A DNA stretch of 64,000 bases. It comes from Chlorokybus atmophyticus. Taxonomy: Eukaryota; Plantae; Mesostigma and Chlorokybus algae. This document shows positions 38,543-54,615 of this stretch, piece after piece (position 1 is the first letter of the stretch; every line of letters starts with the position of its first letter). The translations under genes and the position numbers were made by a program. The notes under the pieces are model-generated. The model searched no databases and was not told the origin of the DNA. It saw only the letters and a list, made by a program, of their open reading frames with translations. The DNA lies in NCBI GenBank assembly GCA_009103225.1, contig RHPI01001616.1:436731-500730 (forward strand). Reading direction: 5' to 3'.

Positions 38543-40791
38543 CTAATCTCTGAGTGGCTTCCGGACCCGCAGCATGATGTACTGAAGACCGTTCTTCTCG
38601 CAGAGAAAATCAACTAGCCCGCACGCGTACGTCAGCTCACCCAACTCTTCCTCCTCAAACCACCTGTAAGTCCCGTTCCCACGCGTCCTCTGTTGCATCG
38701 CCTGCATGCGACACACAAGCCAACAAATTCAACTTGTGTGTTGCAATGTTGTGTGTAGTGGGTTGTCTCTACTGTTTGATGATAAGTGTACCTTTCTCAG
38801 AGGGCCAATGAACTCGTCTACAATGGGCACGCGCGGGTTCATGAATGTGCTCGCCACAAAGATGCCGCCGGGCTTCAACACTCGGCTAATCTCCATCACC
38901 TGTAATGAGGGAGGATGAACATATCATACCATTTAGGCGAGCAAGCACGCATACATATGCGCACTACCAGGTATGACATGACACACGTATACGGCATGAT
39001 GTGGCAAAGCAGCATGAACCACACGTACTGCAGCGGCTGGTGAAGGCCAGCAATGCAAGGCTGCGCCCGCGTGCACCGCATCGATAGACTCTGTCTCAAA
39101 AGGCAAGCGCGCCACGTCGGCCCGCACCAGTGTCGGCATACTGTGCATCACATAACAGAGACGTCAGCCTGATGCTCATGAGGCCACTAACTGTAACAGG
39201 TTTGCACAATGACAACACATGCACGCGCATCTAAGGTTTACAGCATGTACCTCTTGTCTGTGCGGACATCTTGTTCGAGATACTCCTTTGTCTGTGTCAG
39301 CATGGACTCACTGAAATCCGCCGCAATGACTTGTTTGTAATCCCCGCTCGCAGCGAAGCGGCGCGTAAACAAGCCACTGCCGCAGCTCATATCAACCAAC
39401 ACGCCGCCTTTGACGGGTGCAAAGTAGTCCGAAGCTGTCTTGAACTGAAGGATTGTGCAACACAATGTTGGTCAGGTTGACAGGTTGTGAGGTGCTATGT
39501 GGACATGTGTACGTGCGGTTTCCTTACCTCCTCGTCGACGCCGGGAAAACCCGCCCATGCGAAGTTCTGCCGCCATCCCCTCTCGTACACAAAGCTCACA
39601 AGTGGGTTCCTGCATGAGTGTAAAGAGTGGGGTGAGTGAATTGTACATGTGTAGGTGAGTGGGCAAGTTGGTATTGTGTGCGCGCGTCTGCAAGTGTGCG
39701 CACACAATACCACAATGCCATTCTGTGTTTGCAACAAGCAACTGATAGGTGGCAGAGAGCGTCGCTGACCTGAATAGCTCAACGCTGGTCTTGGAGTCTT
39801 CCCTGTACACCTTCAGGTTGGCGGTGACGGTCAGGTCATAGTAGCCGTCTCTCAAGTCAAAAGTTCTCCGGCAAGCACTACACCTCAACTGCCTGAAGCA
39901 GCAGCAAGTATCAGCCGAAACAAACGTTGAAGCCGCGCGCGCACATGCATGCACACACATATGTGAGCACTCACACGCGCGCATGCGCATGCTTGCCTCT
40001 TGTTTGGTGTGTCAAGGGGCTTGTGGCAGATTGGGCACGCGAGCTGAAACTCCTTATCTTCATCACCTTCGTGGTGGTGACGTTGATGCTTTGATGCCAC
40101 CGTAGCCTGCGAGTAATGAGATGACAACCAGTCAACGCAAGCCAAATAATGCCAGGGGCGAGTGTGCACACTACTGTGCACACGATCAATCAGCGGCTTT
40201 GCAATGCTACGCGTGCACATGCGTGCAGGCGCACGCAGTGTTTGTTGGCAAGCATACAAGGATGCATGCTTGCTGCTGTGTTTGGCAGCAAGCATGCACA
40301 CACCCATCTTGACTAGTTGAGCACAGTGTTGTTTGTGTGTACATTATCAGTTGTTACCGGCCGAAGCGATAACACAACATGCAGTTGCTGAACACACGTA
40401 AGAAAGCAAGGTACAAAACATGCATCACAGAAACACAAGTTGCTCGACCGTGGTTTGGGTCTCGGACCTGACTACTGCTCTGCTTGTTCTTGTTGTGCTC
40501 TGCGTCATGCTCCGCGCGTTGATCCCGCTTCGTCGCCTCGACTTTCTTCACGATGACAGGCACCGAGGAGGGTGACGAGGAGGAAGAAGAGGACGACGCT
40601 GAGGAGGCAGAAGAGGAGGCGGCGGCGGCCGTGAAGCGCAGGGGAGCAGCTGCTTGGCGTAGCCTTGGGCTGCACTTGGCAAGGCTCCAGCCTCCGTCAC
40701 CTCGCCATGCAGCTCGGCCAGGCAAGAGCGCCGAACCCACTTGCTCCGCCTTTACCACCCCCGACACCGCCAGCACCGCCACCGCTGCCAT
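38543..40791 (-). CDS. SAM-dependent methyltransferase (Methyltransf_11; At2g41040-like plastid type) with N-terminal CPIC/CSAC Zn motif, ~403 aa, 8 exons
   Basis: Exons 40791-40468, 40106-39997 (GC donor), 39892-39770, 39609-39528, 39444-39251, 39140-39029, 38899-38792 and 38701-38543 total 1212 nt. Motifs: LACPIC, LRCSAC, ELFRNPLVSFVYERGWRQNFAWAGFPG, VDMSCGSGLFTRRFA, ADFSESML, RADVARLPF and HAGAALHCWPSP...EISRVLKPGG. The N-terminus is Ala/Ser-rich and transit-peptide-like. Confidence 0.92.
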
Positions 40792-41077
40792 ACTGAGCGC
40801 CAACAACAACTACAACACAGCCCACGTGGACAAACGCTTAAGCAGCACCACAACCCGTTTCGTAAAACCCGATCCATTTGGTACTAGTGTTCCGGTTTGT
40901 CCGATCGGCGTTGAGGGCAGCATTACCGAGCGTGTTTGACACACCCATTTGCGTTTGGGAGGAGTCAATCCCCATTCAGGCTAGGGTTTTATTTGCTGTG
41001 GTGACGTAGGCGCCTGTGAGAGCAGCGGCGACGGCGGTGTGCAAGGCGGCGGCGGCGGTGTTTGTGGTGGTGTGTCC
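40792..41077. promoter_or_regulatory. Compact bidirectional promoter region with telo-box (TAGGGTTT, 40982-40989)
   Basis: Only 286 bp separate the divergent ATGs of the methyltransferase and IscA. Confidence 0.6.
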
Positions 41078-42513
41078 ATGCTGCTGGCTGTCGGGAGAGT
41101 GACGGCAGGCCGGCTGTGGGCAGTAAGGAGTCGGTCAGTTGCCGGAGGAGGAGGCGGCGGTAGGAGTCTTTGGGATCGGCTTGCGGGGATCGGCGGCAGG
41201 AGTGCCCTCAGCTCTGAGGCGGCGGCGGCGGAGAGTGAGCAAGCTGAGCGAACAAGCGGAGGAGATATTCACATTACCGAGTCATGTGTTCGTGTGAGTC
41301 CCGCGCTCAGTGTTTTGTTTCTTGCTGCTTTGTGAAGCTTTGCCTGCACCACATGCACATGCATGCAAGCACGTGAACTCTGTGATTGGTAGCTCTTGTG
41401 CTGAACGCTTACAAAGCCATGCATGTGTGCATGCAGCACCAGTTGAACAACAACTTGACATTTGCCGGTTGGTTTGTGCAATTGTCATTGTAGAGAGTTT
41501 ACTGCTAACAGGCAATGTACAGGAAGTTTACAATTGGTTTGAACTAGACGTTCAAATAGCATGCATACTCATGGACTATTTTTACACAGGTCATTGGATG
41601 CATGTGTGCACAGCTTCGCACCGTTTAACAAGTAAATACCTTACACAGACATAGACGTATACAACTATGTGTTGCCTGCTGTTTGTGTACTTTCTTTGTA
41701 CCATTCATTATTCAAGGGCATGCATGATCCTGTGGCATAAGCTTTGAGTCATGCAGACAGTACACATTACCTCTTGAGCATAACTGCAATGCAGGATACG
41801 CCCATGCATGTGGTGCACAGCTGAAGCATTCCACAAATCATGGACACTTACCGAGAGTGTAATGCAGCGCCTGAAAGAGCTGCAGCAAGCAGGCGGCGGC
41901 ACAAATGAGATGCTGCGCGTTAGCATTGAAGGTGGCGGCTGCTCTGGATACCAGTATGCGTTTACTTTGGACACCAATGTGGAGTCCGATGACAGGTAAT
42001 ATTACAGAGGTATCATGCTGGATGTCGAACTGTGTGGTTGAAGTGGTGCAGCATAATAGCTGGCAATGTTGAAAGCTGCGCATTGTACTCTTAGTCTGGC
42101 TGCATGCGAGTAGAGTTGCATACGTTCGATAGTGCATGGTAATGATAGTGTGGTTGTGCTCGTGGGTGTCATGCTTCCCCATTCCTCCTCATTGTTGGTT
42201 GGGCTGATGTACAAAGTTGTTGAGCGCAGAGTCGTAGAGCACAACGGTATCAAGCTGCTCGTTGACATGGTATCTTATCCGTTTATCAAAGGGGCGACAA
42301 TTGACTACGAGGAGGACCTCATCAGAGCTTCCTTCGCGGTAATTCAGAGCTTGTTTTGCCTTTCTCCATTGGCACCCGCGTTGTGCACTTTCATTGCTAC
42401 TGCAATGCAATCTGATTCTGGATTTGAGTTGACTCTTTGCACCCATGCAGGTTGTAAATAACCCAAACTCGGCATCTTCCTGCGGTTGTGGCTCGTCTTT
42501 TGCAGCGAAGTAG
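41078..42513 (+). CDS. ISCA2: A-type Fe-S cluster carrier IscA (ISCA2-like, mitochondrial presequence), ~171 aa, 4 exons
   Basis: Exons 41078-41293, 41868-41995, 42230-42338 and 42451-42513 total 516 nt. Motifs [38 protein letters not shown] and [14 protein letters not shown]. The presequence is Arg/Gly-rich. Confidence 0.93.
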
Positions 42514-43854
42514 TGTACATTAAATCTTTTTTTCTTGCTGAGTGCGCTTGGCTTGTGCTACGCAGTTGATCAATAAACCACTCCAGAAAGCTGTATATGC
42601 AGCCTGAGTTACTGTGCTTACAAGTTGTCAGTTGATTGATTATGGTACTGCTTTCTAGGGATGCTGCCTTAAGTTCTGCCACTTGCAGTTGCAGCATGTG
42701 TGCTAGGCAGTGTGGCTTCGTCTTGGCAAAGGTTGCATACTTTGTCAGGTCGCGCAATCCATCCATGAACTCACATCGCGCATGCGCTTGCGCACATACA
42801 GTCACTATGTGACAGGTTTATGTGTTCGCCATTAATCAGGGACACTTCGAACTCGCAACAACATCTTAGGCTTTGCCTTGCCGTCCTTCTGATATGTGCC
42901 AACTGAGACTTACCATATACAAATGTACCTGGGTCTGTCCACACAGCGCGTTTCTCTCACACCACCAGTCACACTTACTGCACAGCTCACCAATCATCTC
43001 ACACCGACCGGCATCACCATGCAGTGTCACCACACAGCACACAACACGCCCCTCAGTCGCCTGCCGCTTTGTCGTCCTCACCGCCGCCTGCTTGGTCGCA
43101 TTGATTGACGACTCAGTCGCCAGCGCCGCGCTTCCGGAGAACGTACGCCACGTGATGTGCTGTGCTCGCTCATGCTCGCTCACGCAGCCTCATTGCATGG
43201 GCGAATAAACACAGTGACAACTACCACTCACTGCTTGGCGCACCATGCGGTAGATGGTGGACAGCATGCACAGCATATCACTTGGTTGTTGATCGTTTGC
43301 GTCAATCATTGGATGCATGTGTACTGCTGTGTGCCGCTTATGTACAAATGGAGCATGCAAGGGTACTGCTGTGCATGCACCACCAACTAGGCAGCCAGCA
43401 GGCAGGGTTGCATACTGCAGTTGGGCAGGTCCATTCCAAACAGCATGATAGATATGCCAGTAACAACCATCAAGGTTGCATACAGCGGCTGGGCAGGTCT
43501 CAAGTAGACAGCCTGGTCAACATCAATGCCAGCCGTCTGCCAACCAATGCCTCCAATGCAAAGACCACAGCATGCACGCAGTTTGAGCAACGTAAAGCAG
43601 GCGACACTGTGCGGCACACTGGCGTCCAGGAGCGTCCAAAATAATAATGAATGCTGCCCTTGTGCTATGAAAAAGTCCCCACGTGAACGCTGCATTTAGA
43701 ACTATGGCACGACCGCCAGTGTGCCGCTGCCTGCACGAAGACCGTCCGATATTGCTGCCTCGCAGATTGGTCGTCCGATGGCTACCCAGCGTTCGGTGCA
43801 AGTCAGCATGCAAACAAGCGAGGTACATTACATGGCAGATTCCTACGTCTCTGC

Positions 43855-44052
43855 ATACCTTTCTCGGCCTTTTGGCTAAGATCAAGTGTAGTATCTGTTC
43901 TTATCAGCTTAATATCTGATACGTGGCCCATCGGGTCACAATGATATTAAACTAATTTGTTTGGGTGGGGGTCTCGTATGGGTGGGCTTGCTCACCCGAG
44001 GCTCCCGGCGTCGCCTCAGCATTGCACTGCTGCAGAGGAGGGCGCAGCCCAC
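43855..44052 (+). ncRNA. U2: U2 spliceosomal snRNA
   Basis: Starts with ATACCTTTCTCGGCCTTTTGGCTAAGATCAAGTGTAGTATCTGTTCTT, which includes the branch-point recognition GTGTAGTA. Stem IIa/IIb, an Sm-site region, stem III and stem IV with the ATTGCAC loop follow. Confidence 0.97.
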
Positions 44053-46978
44053 CCCTTCCAAGGGGACTACCACCAACATCACCAGTTCAACCATTCCCGC
44101 CATACCAACAAGCAGCCCATCCAACCAACCGTCCATAGGGCACTTCACCACCTCTACCACCGTCACCAGCCTCATTGCACAACATTCAATCAACGCCGGG
44201 GAGAAGGTAACCAACTTCGTCGCCGTAATGCTGCCATACATGTTCTCACCACCATCCCTTCGACAACTCCCATCATGCTAGCAATCAGCTCATATAAACC
44301 ACGAAGCAAAGGGCCTTTACCACTGTAATTAGCCTCTTTCCACAAGATTCGATCAACAATATTCATCGTCGTCACTATCATGATATGCATGACCAAACAA
44401 TATGGTGTAACAGTCATTAAGGTGATGGGATGCTTCGTACTTTTATGATATGCCTATTATAGGTATGTGCGCAAAATGAAGGCAAAAATTGCCACGCGCA
44501 GCATGAACTAGTGCGTTTACATGTGTAACCACATCAAGCTCATTACCGAATAGATAGAAGACGAATCAATTGCTTTAAGGCAAGTTATTCGTCCATTATC
44601 CACTGTAGTGCAAAAAAGGCTTGACTGCAAGATGTGCCTCGCAGCGGGGATGAGTGCATCCAAGTACGCAAGAGTGAGAAGTGGATAGAGCTGCAGAGCA
44701 GCAGGCTGAATGTTTTGCATGCGACTATAGTGGTGAAGTGCCAGGAAACAATGGAGAGGGAAAACCAACCGGGGGGGTCCCCCTAGCTTGACATGAGATG
44801 GTAATTACATGGTAATCACTTAACAAGCTCCTAAACAACGATGCATGCAGACGAGAACACAACAGACATACCTTGTACGTTCGTGCGTAAATTTTATGTA
44901 CTTAAGTAGAGCATGTTTACGCACCGCAAGCATTAGCCTAGTGCTTGTTGAGCCAACAAGAGCAAGCGAATGCCAAGCAGCTACAAAGGCAACTGTGCAA
45001 GGCATGCAAGAATATCGGGTTGCCAAGGTGGTGATGCAGTCCGCAGGCAACGGGGCAGTGGCCATGCCACGAAGCCAACACCAATGTGTGCAAGCAAGTT
45101 AAGGCATACAAGAGCAGGGTAGAAAGCAAGATGGAGACGGGTATCAACGCCAAGAATCGGGCAAACAACTTACACAAAACCAACTATCACACAAAGCAGC
45201 GTACAGGCACGCGATTCGCCTCAGGTAGGCCACTGATAATGACTTCAGAAGTCTTAAGCGTGTCGCTTCCGCGCCAATTTGCTTACTTGCAATTAGCTGC
45301 CGTCTCTTTGAGATTTGCTCAGCTAAGTTACAAGAAGTATCGATGTTGGCCGCCGCGATTAAACTCGATTCCAATTCGTTGCGCACAGCGTTAGTGTCGA
45401 TGAGACTTGTCGCACTGTCGGCAAACGACTCGTCAGCTTGGAGATAATCGATGAACCGGTTGAAACAATTCAGTTGCTGATGGGAACGCACAAGGGGTGC
45501 GAGGGATAAGTACGTGCCGAGGGTAGTCACCGTGACATGCATTTCTTGCAAACAATTTTCGATGAGGGTTTTAGGGGAAACACGTGGGGCATGCTTAACT
45601 GATTCCCCAATCAGTTAAGCATGGTACTGGTAACATTATAGTCAAAAACTGTGTTTTGCATGCATGTTCAAGCTTGTAAGCACATGTTTACATAAACCTC
45701 AGCCATAATTTCAGCCCCATTCGCAACTTGCGAATTGGGATGAACTTTACATCACTCCTTAACACATACTATATGCATGTAATGTAATCGCGTGGTATGT
45801 TTGGGATTGCATTTACCGTTGTATGCACACGGGGTTCTGTTATCGGGTAGATTGCAAGGGCATTCATGTCAGCGTCAAGGCATGCATTGTAGACTGTATG
45901 CATAAGAAAGCATCAAGATTGCAAAGATACCCTACCGCCATTGACAATTCGAGTATAATACATGTAACACTTATATACGACAACAATTAAAGATTCAAAA
46001 ATCGTTTAGCACTGCTGCGGTCGATGCAATTATAGTAGAGACTTATGAGGTAGGGGTGGGACGTAACAATTGTGCTCTGTCACAAGGAATGAACCAAAAA
46101 CATTCTTTGGTCGTTTTACGTCGATGGTCGAAAAATCGAACAAAATAAGGGTTGAAAAAACGTTTTCTAGTTCGTGTTTTAGGCATAGTGCAGATACGGA
46201 ACGAACATTTTGCAGTCACGCAATATCATGCAGAGTCACGTTGTATCAATGTGTGACTCTGCGTATCACGTAGCGCAGCGTGACTCGACGTCACAACAAT
46301 GTTCAACACTCGCTTTCATATACATGTTGGGTAGCAAAATACATGCCATCAATGACGCATGTGTTGGGATTGTAGGTTGGATAATGCATGTGATCGTGTT
46401 GACAAATGTATGCCTTCTAACAAATTTCATTGACGTTTTATCAAAGATTTTGTTCGTATGTTTGTTCATTATTTTGTTCGTTTGCTGTCACTCATAATTG
46501 TCGCTTCTTTTGTTCTGCTTTAACAAAATAAGGCTATATGGACCTAATGATTGTAATCGTTCAGGTTCTTGTTCTTTGATCATTCGGTCATGCCCAAACC
46601 TAAGTTTGGCCCCAGCCCTACTATGAGGTCAGATCCCATGCGCAATCACAGCCTTCATGTAACCCGTACATGTCATGTATGGCCCTGACCAACGCTAGTA
46701 TCGGGGGTAAAAAGAAAATAACCCATCGAAGAACAATAACCAACTCTACTGTCCGTGGCCTATAACGTTATGCTTTGTGACCTGTCCCGTCACGCGCGCG
46801 TCAAGTTTGTCGGCATGATGGGGCGTTATCGTTATCCAATGTGTGTCGCCGTGTGCCGGAGCCATGCTAGTGGATCGTACGCAACATATGCCCTTTGGGT
46901 GCCGGCGGCAACGCGTGTGTCGTGCATGGGTGCATTGGTGCGTCGGCAGAAGCGCACACGGGCACGGCGGCGGCGGTG

Positions 46979-49866
<2,888 letters not shown>

Positions 49867-52423
49867 TGTTGCACAACCCACGACCATAGCGTACGCATTG
49901 GCGAACACATGGCCACGGCCTTCAACAACAAACTTGCGCGTCGGCGTATGTATCCTCCTGAATATGTTCCATGTTGCAGACTTGCCACATAGCGGTTGCC
50001 GCCTTCCAACATGTCCACTGCCGTATTAGGCAAATAAACATGCATGTAGTGTACTTATATGCACGTGTATTGTAGGTATGTGTGTTGACATGTTAGCACT
50101 TGCATCTTGGCTGACAGACTGTGGTTACGTAAGCACTGCCAAGCACAAGGCATGCTTTCAGCATCATTTCTGGTTGAGTCCTTTCGCGCTCGCACGCTAA
50201 GCCCTGTGCGCATGGGTGGTCGCTTGTGCATGCGCATGCACGCAGCCGCATGCACAGCTGCGCACACATGCGGCCTTCAATTACTCTCACACACACCACT
50301 AGTTGAACAGCCCACAACATGCGTACAGCTGCGCGCTCACACGAGGGCATAGTTTGTTAAAAAAGTGCACCACACACGCGCACGCACACACACATTGAGA
50401 CTTGCTTGTATGCACATGTACGCGCTCGTCTGCACACCTGCGCATGCGCGCGCTTGTCTTGCTCTCGCACAGCCCACACATGCACCCACGCATCTGCGCG
50501 CAGCTGCACGCACACAAATTACCTGTTCATGCTGCAGCATGTACTTACCATGCCCACAATCAGCATGCAGCACGCTGAACATGTGTACACATGTAGCAAG
50601 CACTGAACATGTGTACACGCTGCTTTCGTATGAGGTCGCTGATGTGATCCGTACTCTGCAAGCTGTGGTTGAATGTGCAAAAACAACAACTCACAGCGCT
50701 AACCACAATGTACATTGAGGGTGCAACGACCGATGCATGATGGAAGCGAGACATGCCGCAGGAGACGGCCGCAGCCACCAGCATCAAGGTAACACATGTA
50801 CAATACGCTGTGGTTGAAGGGTACTTAGGCAGAGATACACAACCTCTGTCATCATGGCGATTATGGCAAGATGGCACTGCCAGTGTCTTGCGTGACTGAC
50901 TTCGTTGTGATCCAGGTGAGCGAGTCAACAGTGGCAATGGGGGGAAAGGTTTCCACCATCAGCAAGGAACTAAGCTGCAGGCCCATCATCCACTAGCGCA
51001 CGCACGCAGCAGCTTCCCTCAGGACACGTACACCCCTGTCAATGTCCAATAGCATGCTGCAGAACGTTGCTCCGCGCTGCGAAATGCTGCGCGGTTTGCA
51101 AACTGTACTGCTTGTTTGGGAAGAGTACGCGTTCGGGCTTAAAGGTGGTTATGCCGTCCACAACTTGCAGCAAAACTGAAAGACTCAATGGCGTTAGGAA
51201 GACCCCACCATGGCCAAGCTGTACAACAGAAGATAACTCATTTACGGTGAGGATGACCGAAAGGCTGGCGGCATGATGGCAGCACATGATGATGTGGCAC
51301 GACTTGACAAATTTCGTGTCAAAAAGTTAATCACCGTCGACCTGTTGCAACCTAATTTGCAGATGCACAAGGCTGCAGCCACCAAGCGCAAGGCTGGCCC
51401 ACAGAGCATTGAAAGGTGAGGCGCAGTCATAGGGCACGTCAGCAACACAGTAAGCAAATGCAATGAGACATGCAGTCCGAGCCTTGAGCTAGCATGCATC
51501 ACACGCACATGTGCGAGTGAGAAGTTGTACATGCGCACGCAGGTACACAATGTACGTGCACGCATGCCATATGCTGAGACTGTATTGAAGGGCTGCTCGG
51601 TCATGCTCGCTCGCCAGGTCCTGGTCAACGTCACATACATGTATTCAAAGTCATCATTAAGAAGCTGATGCCACCTAGACTTCAACTTGATGTCAATTGA
51701 AGCTTTGTAGGCTACCTCAAGCCACACTTATGAAAATGGTAACGTAGTAGTAGTATATAGTAAGGAGTAGAGTTCACTTTCGGGTCCTTTGCCGCAAGCA
51801 AAAACCATGTATAAATAATTGTGCGCTACTTATGTTCAGACTATAAACACCTTAAGTAATGCCGGAAATATATATAAATAGACCATCACAGTTGCCATTG
51901 TTTGGTGGTATGTCGAGCACTTGTCCCACTGCATATATATCATTTACTGTGTGCAATAAATAACATGCAATTACTGCGTTCATAGCCATGTGTGTTTATC
52001 ACAATGTACATATGTATACAGTGATTGATATATATAAGTGCGTGTGTGTGTGTGACAGTTGTTGGATAAGCCCTAACGGGCAGCTTGCTAACAATGGCTG
52101 CAGCCATTTAGATGGTGCTCGTGGTAGGTATACCAAGAAGCAAGGGTCATGGCAGCGAGGCCTTGTCAGTCGTGGTCGCTGTCGTCGTTGTCAGCGTCAT
52201 GCTGCTCTTGTGAACCCGGCATAATGCTGCTCCGCATGCTGCGCAGGTGGTTATCCCTCCTCATTGCAACACACTCCCTCCTACCCCACCCTTCTCTGTG
52301 GTTGAGTCTGAATTCTAAGGTCCTAATGTTTCAGATTCTAGCACTGCTAAGGGCCCCTCCCAGATCTGTTGCTGTATAATGCTGTTGCTGAAGTTGACTG
52401 CTGTTTGCATATGCACTGCCTTG

Positions 52424-52647
<224 letters not shown>

Positions 52648-54615
52648 CACACACTATCTATATNTACGTATATTAAAAAGTAATCAACATCCGAACTTTT
52701 CACAACCTATAGGCTACCAGCAGTGCGCTCAACTCTAGAGCATTGAAAGGGTGGTTGTCGACGGCCTTGCATATATATTGCGGACGTCGAAGGCCATGTA
52801 TCGCATGTGATATGCGATACATGGCCACCCTGCGCAACAATTGTGTAATATGTTGTAATATGCTACAATAATGCGGATGCCAAGTGTGCAGCGATAACTG
52901 TCTATCAATCCTGCAATCACTATCCAACATTTTCTTGACCTGGTAAATGGCTGCACGTGGCAACGACTTATAGGTGTGGGATTACACTGCAATGACTTTC
53001 AATGCCGATCAGTAAATTAGTCTGTTCGGTGGCTTGAATGCAACTTGCACATAGTTGAGCCAACGAAGCTAGGTTATACCTTCAGAAGCCTTTCCCACAG
53101 CGAAAACGATCTCTAGCATGTTAAATTGCGTAATATCATGCTGACGGGATGTTGAAACGCATACAACATAAAATCTGCGAGCAGACTTGTGTGGGTGTCT
53201 CAAGTTGCACAGACATATTGGGCTTCGAGCTAAGCTTCATAATGTTAGGCACAATCACCAGAGAGTATACATCACATAGGTAGTATTACTTGATTAATCA
53301 AGTCGACAAGTTTGCTTTACATGCGTACGCTCACGCACATGTGCTTGTGCGCATGATTGTAGCTGCACATGCATACGGGTATGGCTTGATGCTGTGTGCA
53401 CGTGCATGCGCCCCCGTACGACTGAGTGCAATGGGGTGGCATGCATTGATGTGTGCACCATGCTCAGAATCAAGCTAGCCAACTTCAGCAAATGTATTTG
53501 CCTGCGTGCATGCGGGTGCAGATGTGCGTATGCATGTGTGTGCATGCGACCTAGATTGCGTGCATGCGTGCGCACTGGCGAATCAACGCGGGTGAATGTA
53601 TGTGCTTGCCTGCATGCGTGCGTGTATAAGTGGGTGGCAAATATGTAAATGTATGCACGCCCCTATGTGCGTGCATGCGTTTGTTTTGGCGTGCCTAGCC
53701 TAGTGCGTGCGTGGCCTAGTGTACGCACGATATGTGCGTCCAGACATGCACGACCGTCACCGTACCAAACATGCGCATGTACATGTGTGTGCAGGCGTGC
53801 ACGTGCGGACATGTGTGTTCATGGGTGCAATGGGGTGTGCGTGCGTCCCATACTTACTATCCTCACCAGGTAATGCGGCGGGGACGAGCGCGTGCAGGCC
53901 TTTCATTTTATGCTTGACGCTTAACACCTGCATGCAGCTTCATTCACTTGTATCATGCCTGAGGCTGTCCATGACTGCAATTCCGACTTGCACCATCCGA
54001 CTTGCACCATCATCTATGAGACATAGATGATGGTTAATCAGCAAAAGCCTCAAGCATAGAACGGGCAACTCTAGATCTGTGACTGCAGCTAGTGGTGCTT
54101 GCGCGTGCACTCGTGTGTACATGACGATGGATGAGGTTGTTCACGTCTGTCTGTCCCTGACAGTCGGACATTTTCGAAAGAGTCTATATATGCTAATGCA
54201 CGCATGTCAGGCTGTCCGTAACTGGCTGTCACTGACGGACAGTCATTAACATATGTGTATGGACGTATGGGTACCATTGGCAAGCATGCAAGCGGTCGTG
54301 AGTTGGTCTGATTACCGCTGGCATGATTGCGTGCACATTCGTGTGCATTGATGTCGGATATGCTTGAAAGTGCGTCAACTTTGAGTGCGTGTGTACTTGA
54401 TGTCACTCTCTCTGCGCCCTTGCCGCCCAGTCCGTAGAGGACGCAACGCGAGTCACGTCGGCGCTGCGCCGACGAGTGAGAGGACGGCGTGACGCCAAAC
54501 GCCGCACGAGCGTCCGCCGTCAGACGCTCGGCCGACCGTTTGATAAAAAACATAGGCCTACAAAGACCAGACCGCCGGCTGGATTTTCAAAGCCAAACAG
54601 TCGCACCACTTACTA

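Noticed and set aside
22159-44052. Link between the REL retroelement and U2 (Utopia-type U2 targeting)
   Set aside because: The element is ~21 kb from U2, its flanks contain no U2 sequence and the U2 gene is uninterrupted.
50880-51730. Protein-like minus-strand fragments (for example EVAYKASIDIKLKSRWHQLLNDDFEY)
   Set aside because: They are short and interrupted by stops, with no recognisable homology, so there is not enough to call a feature.
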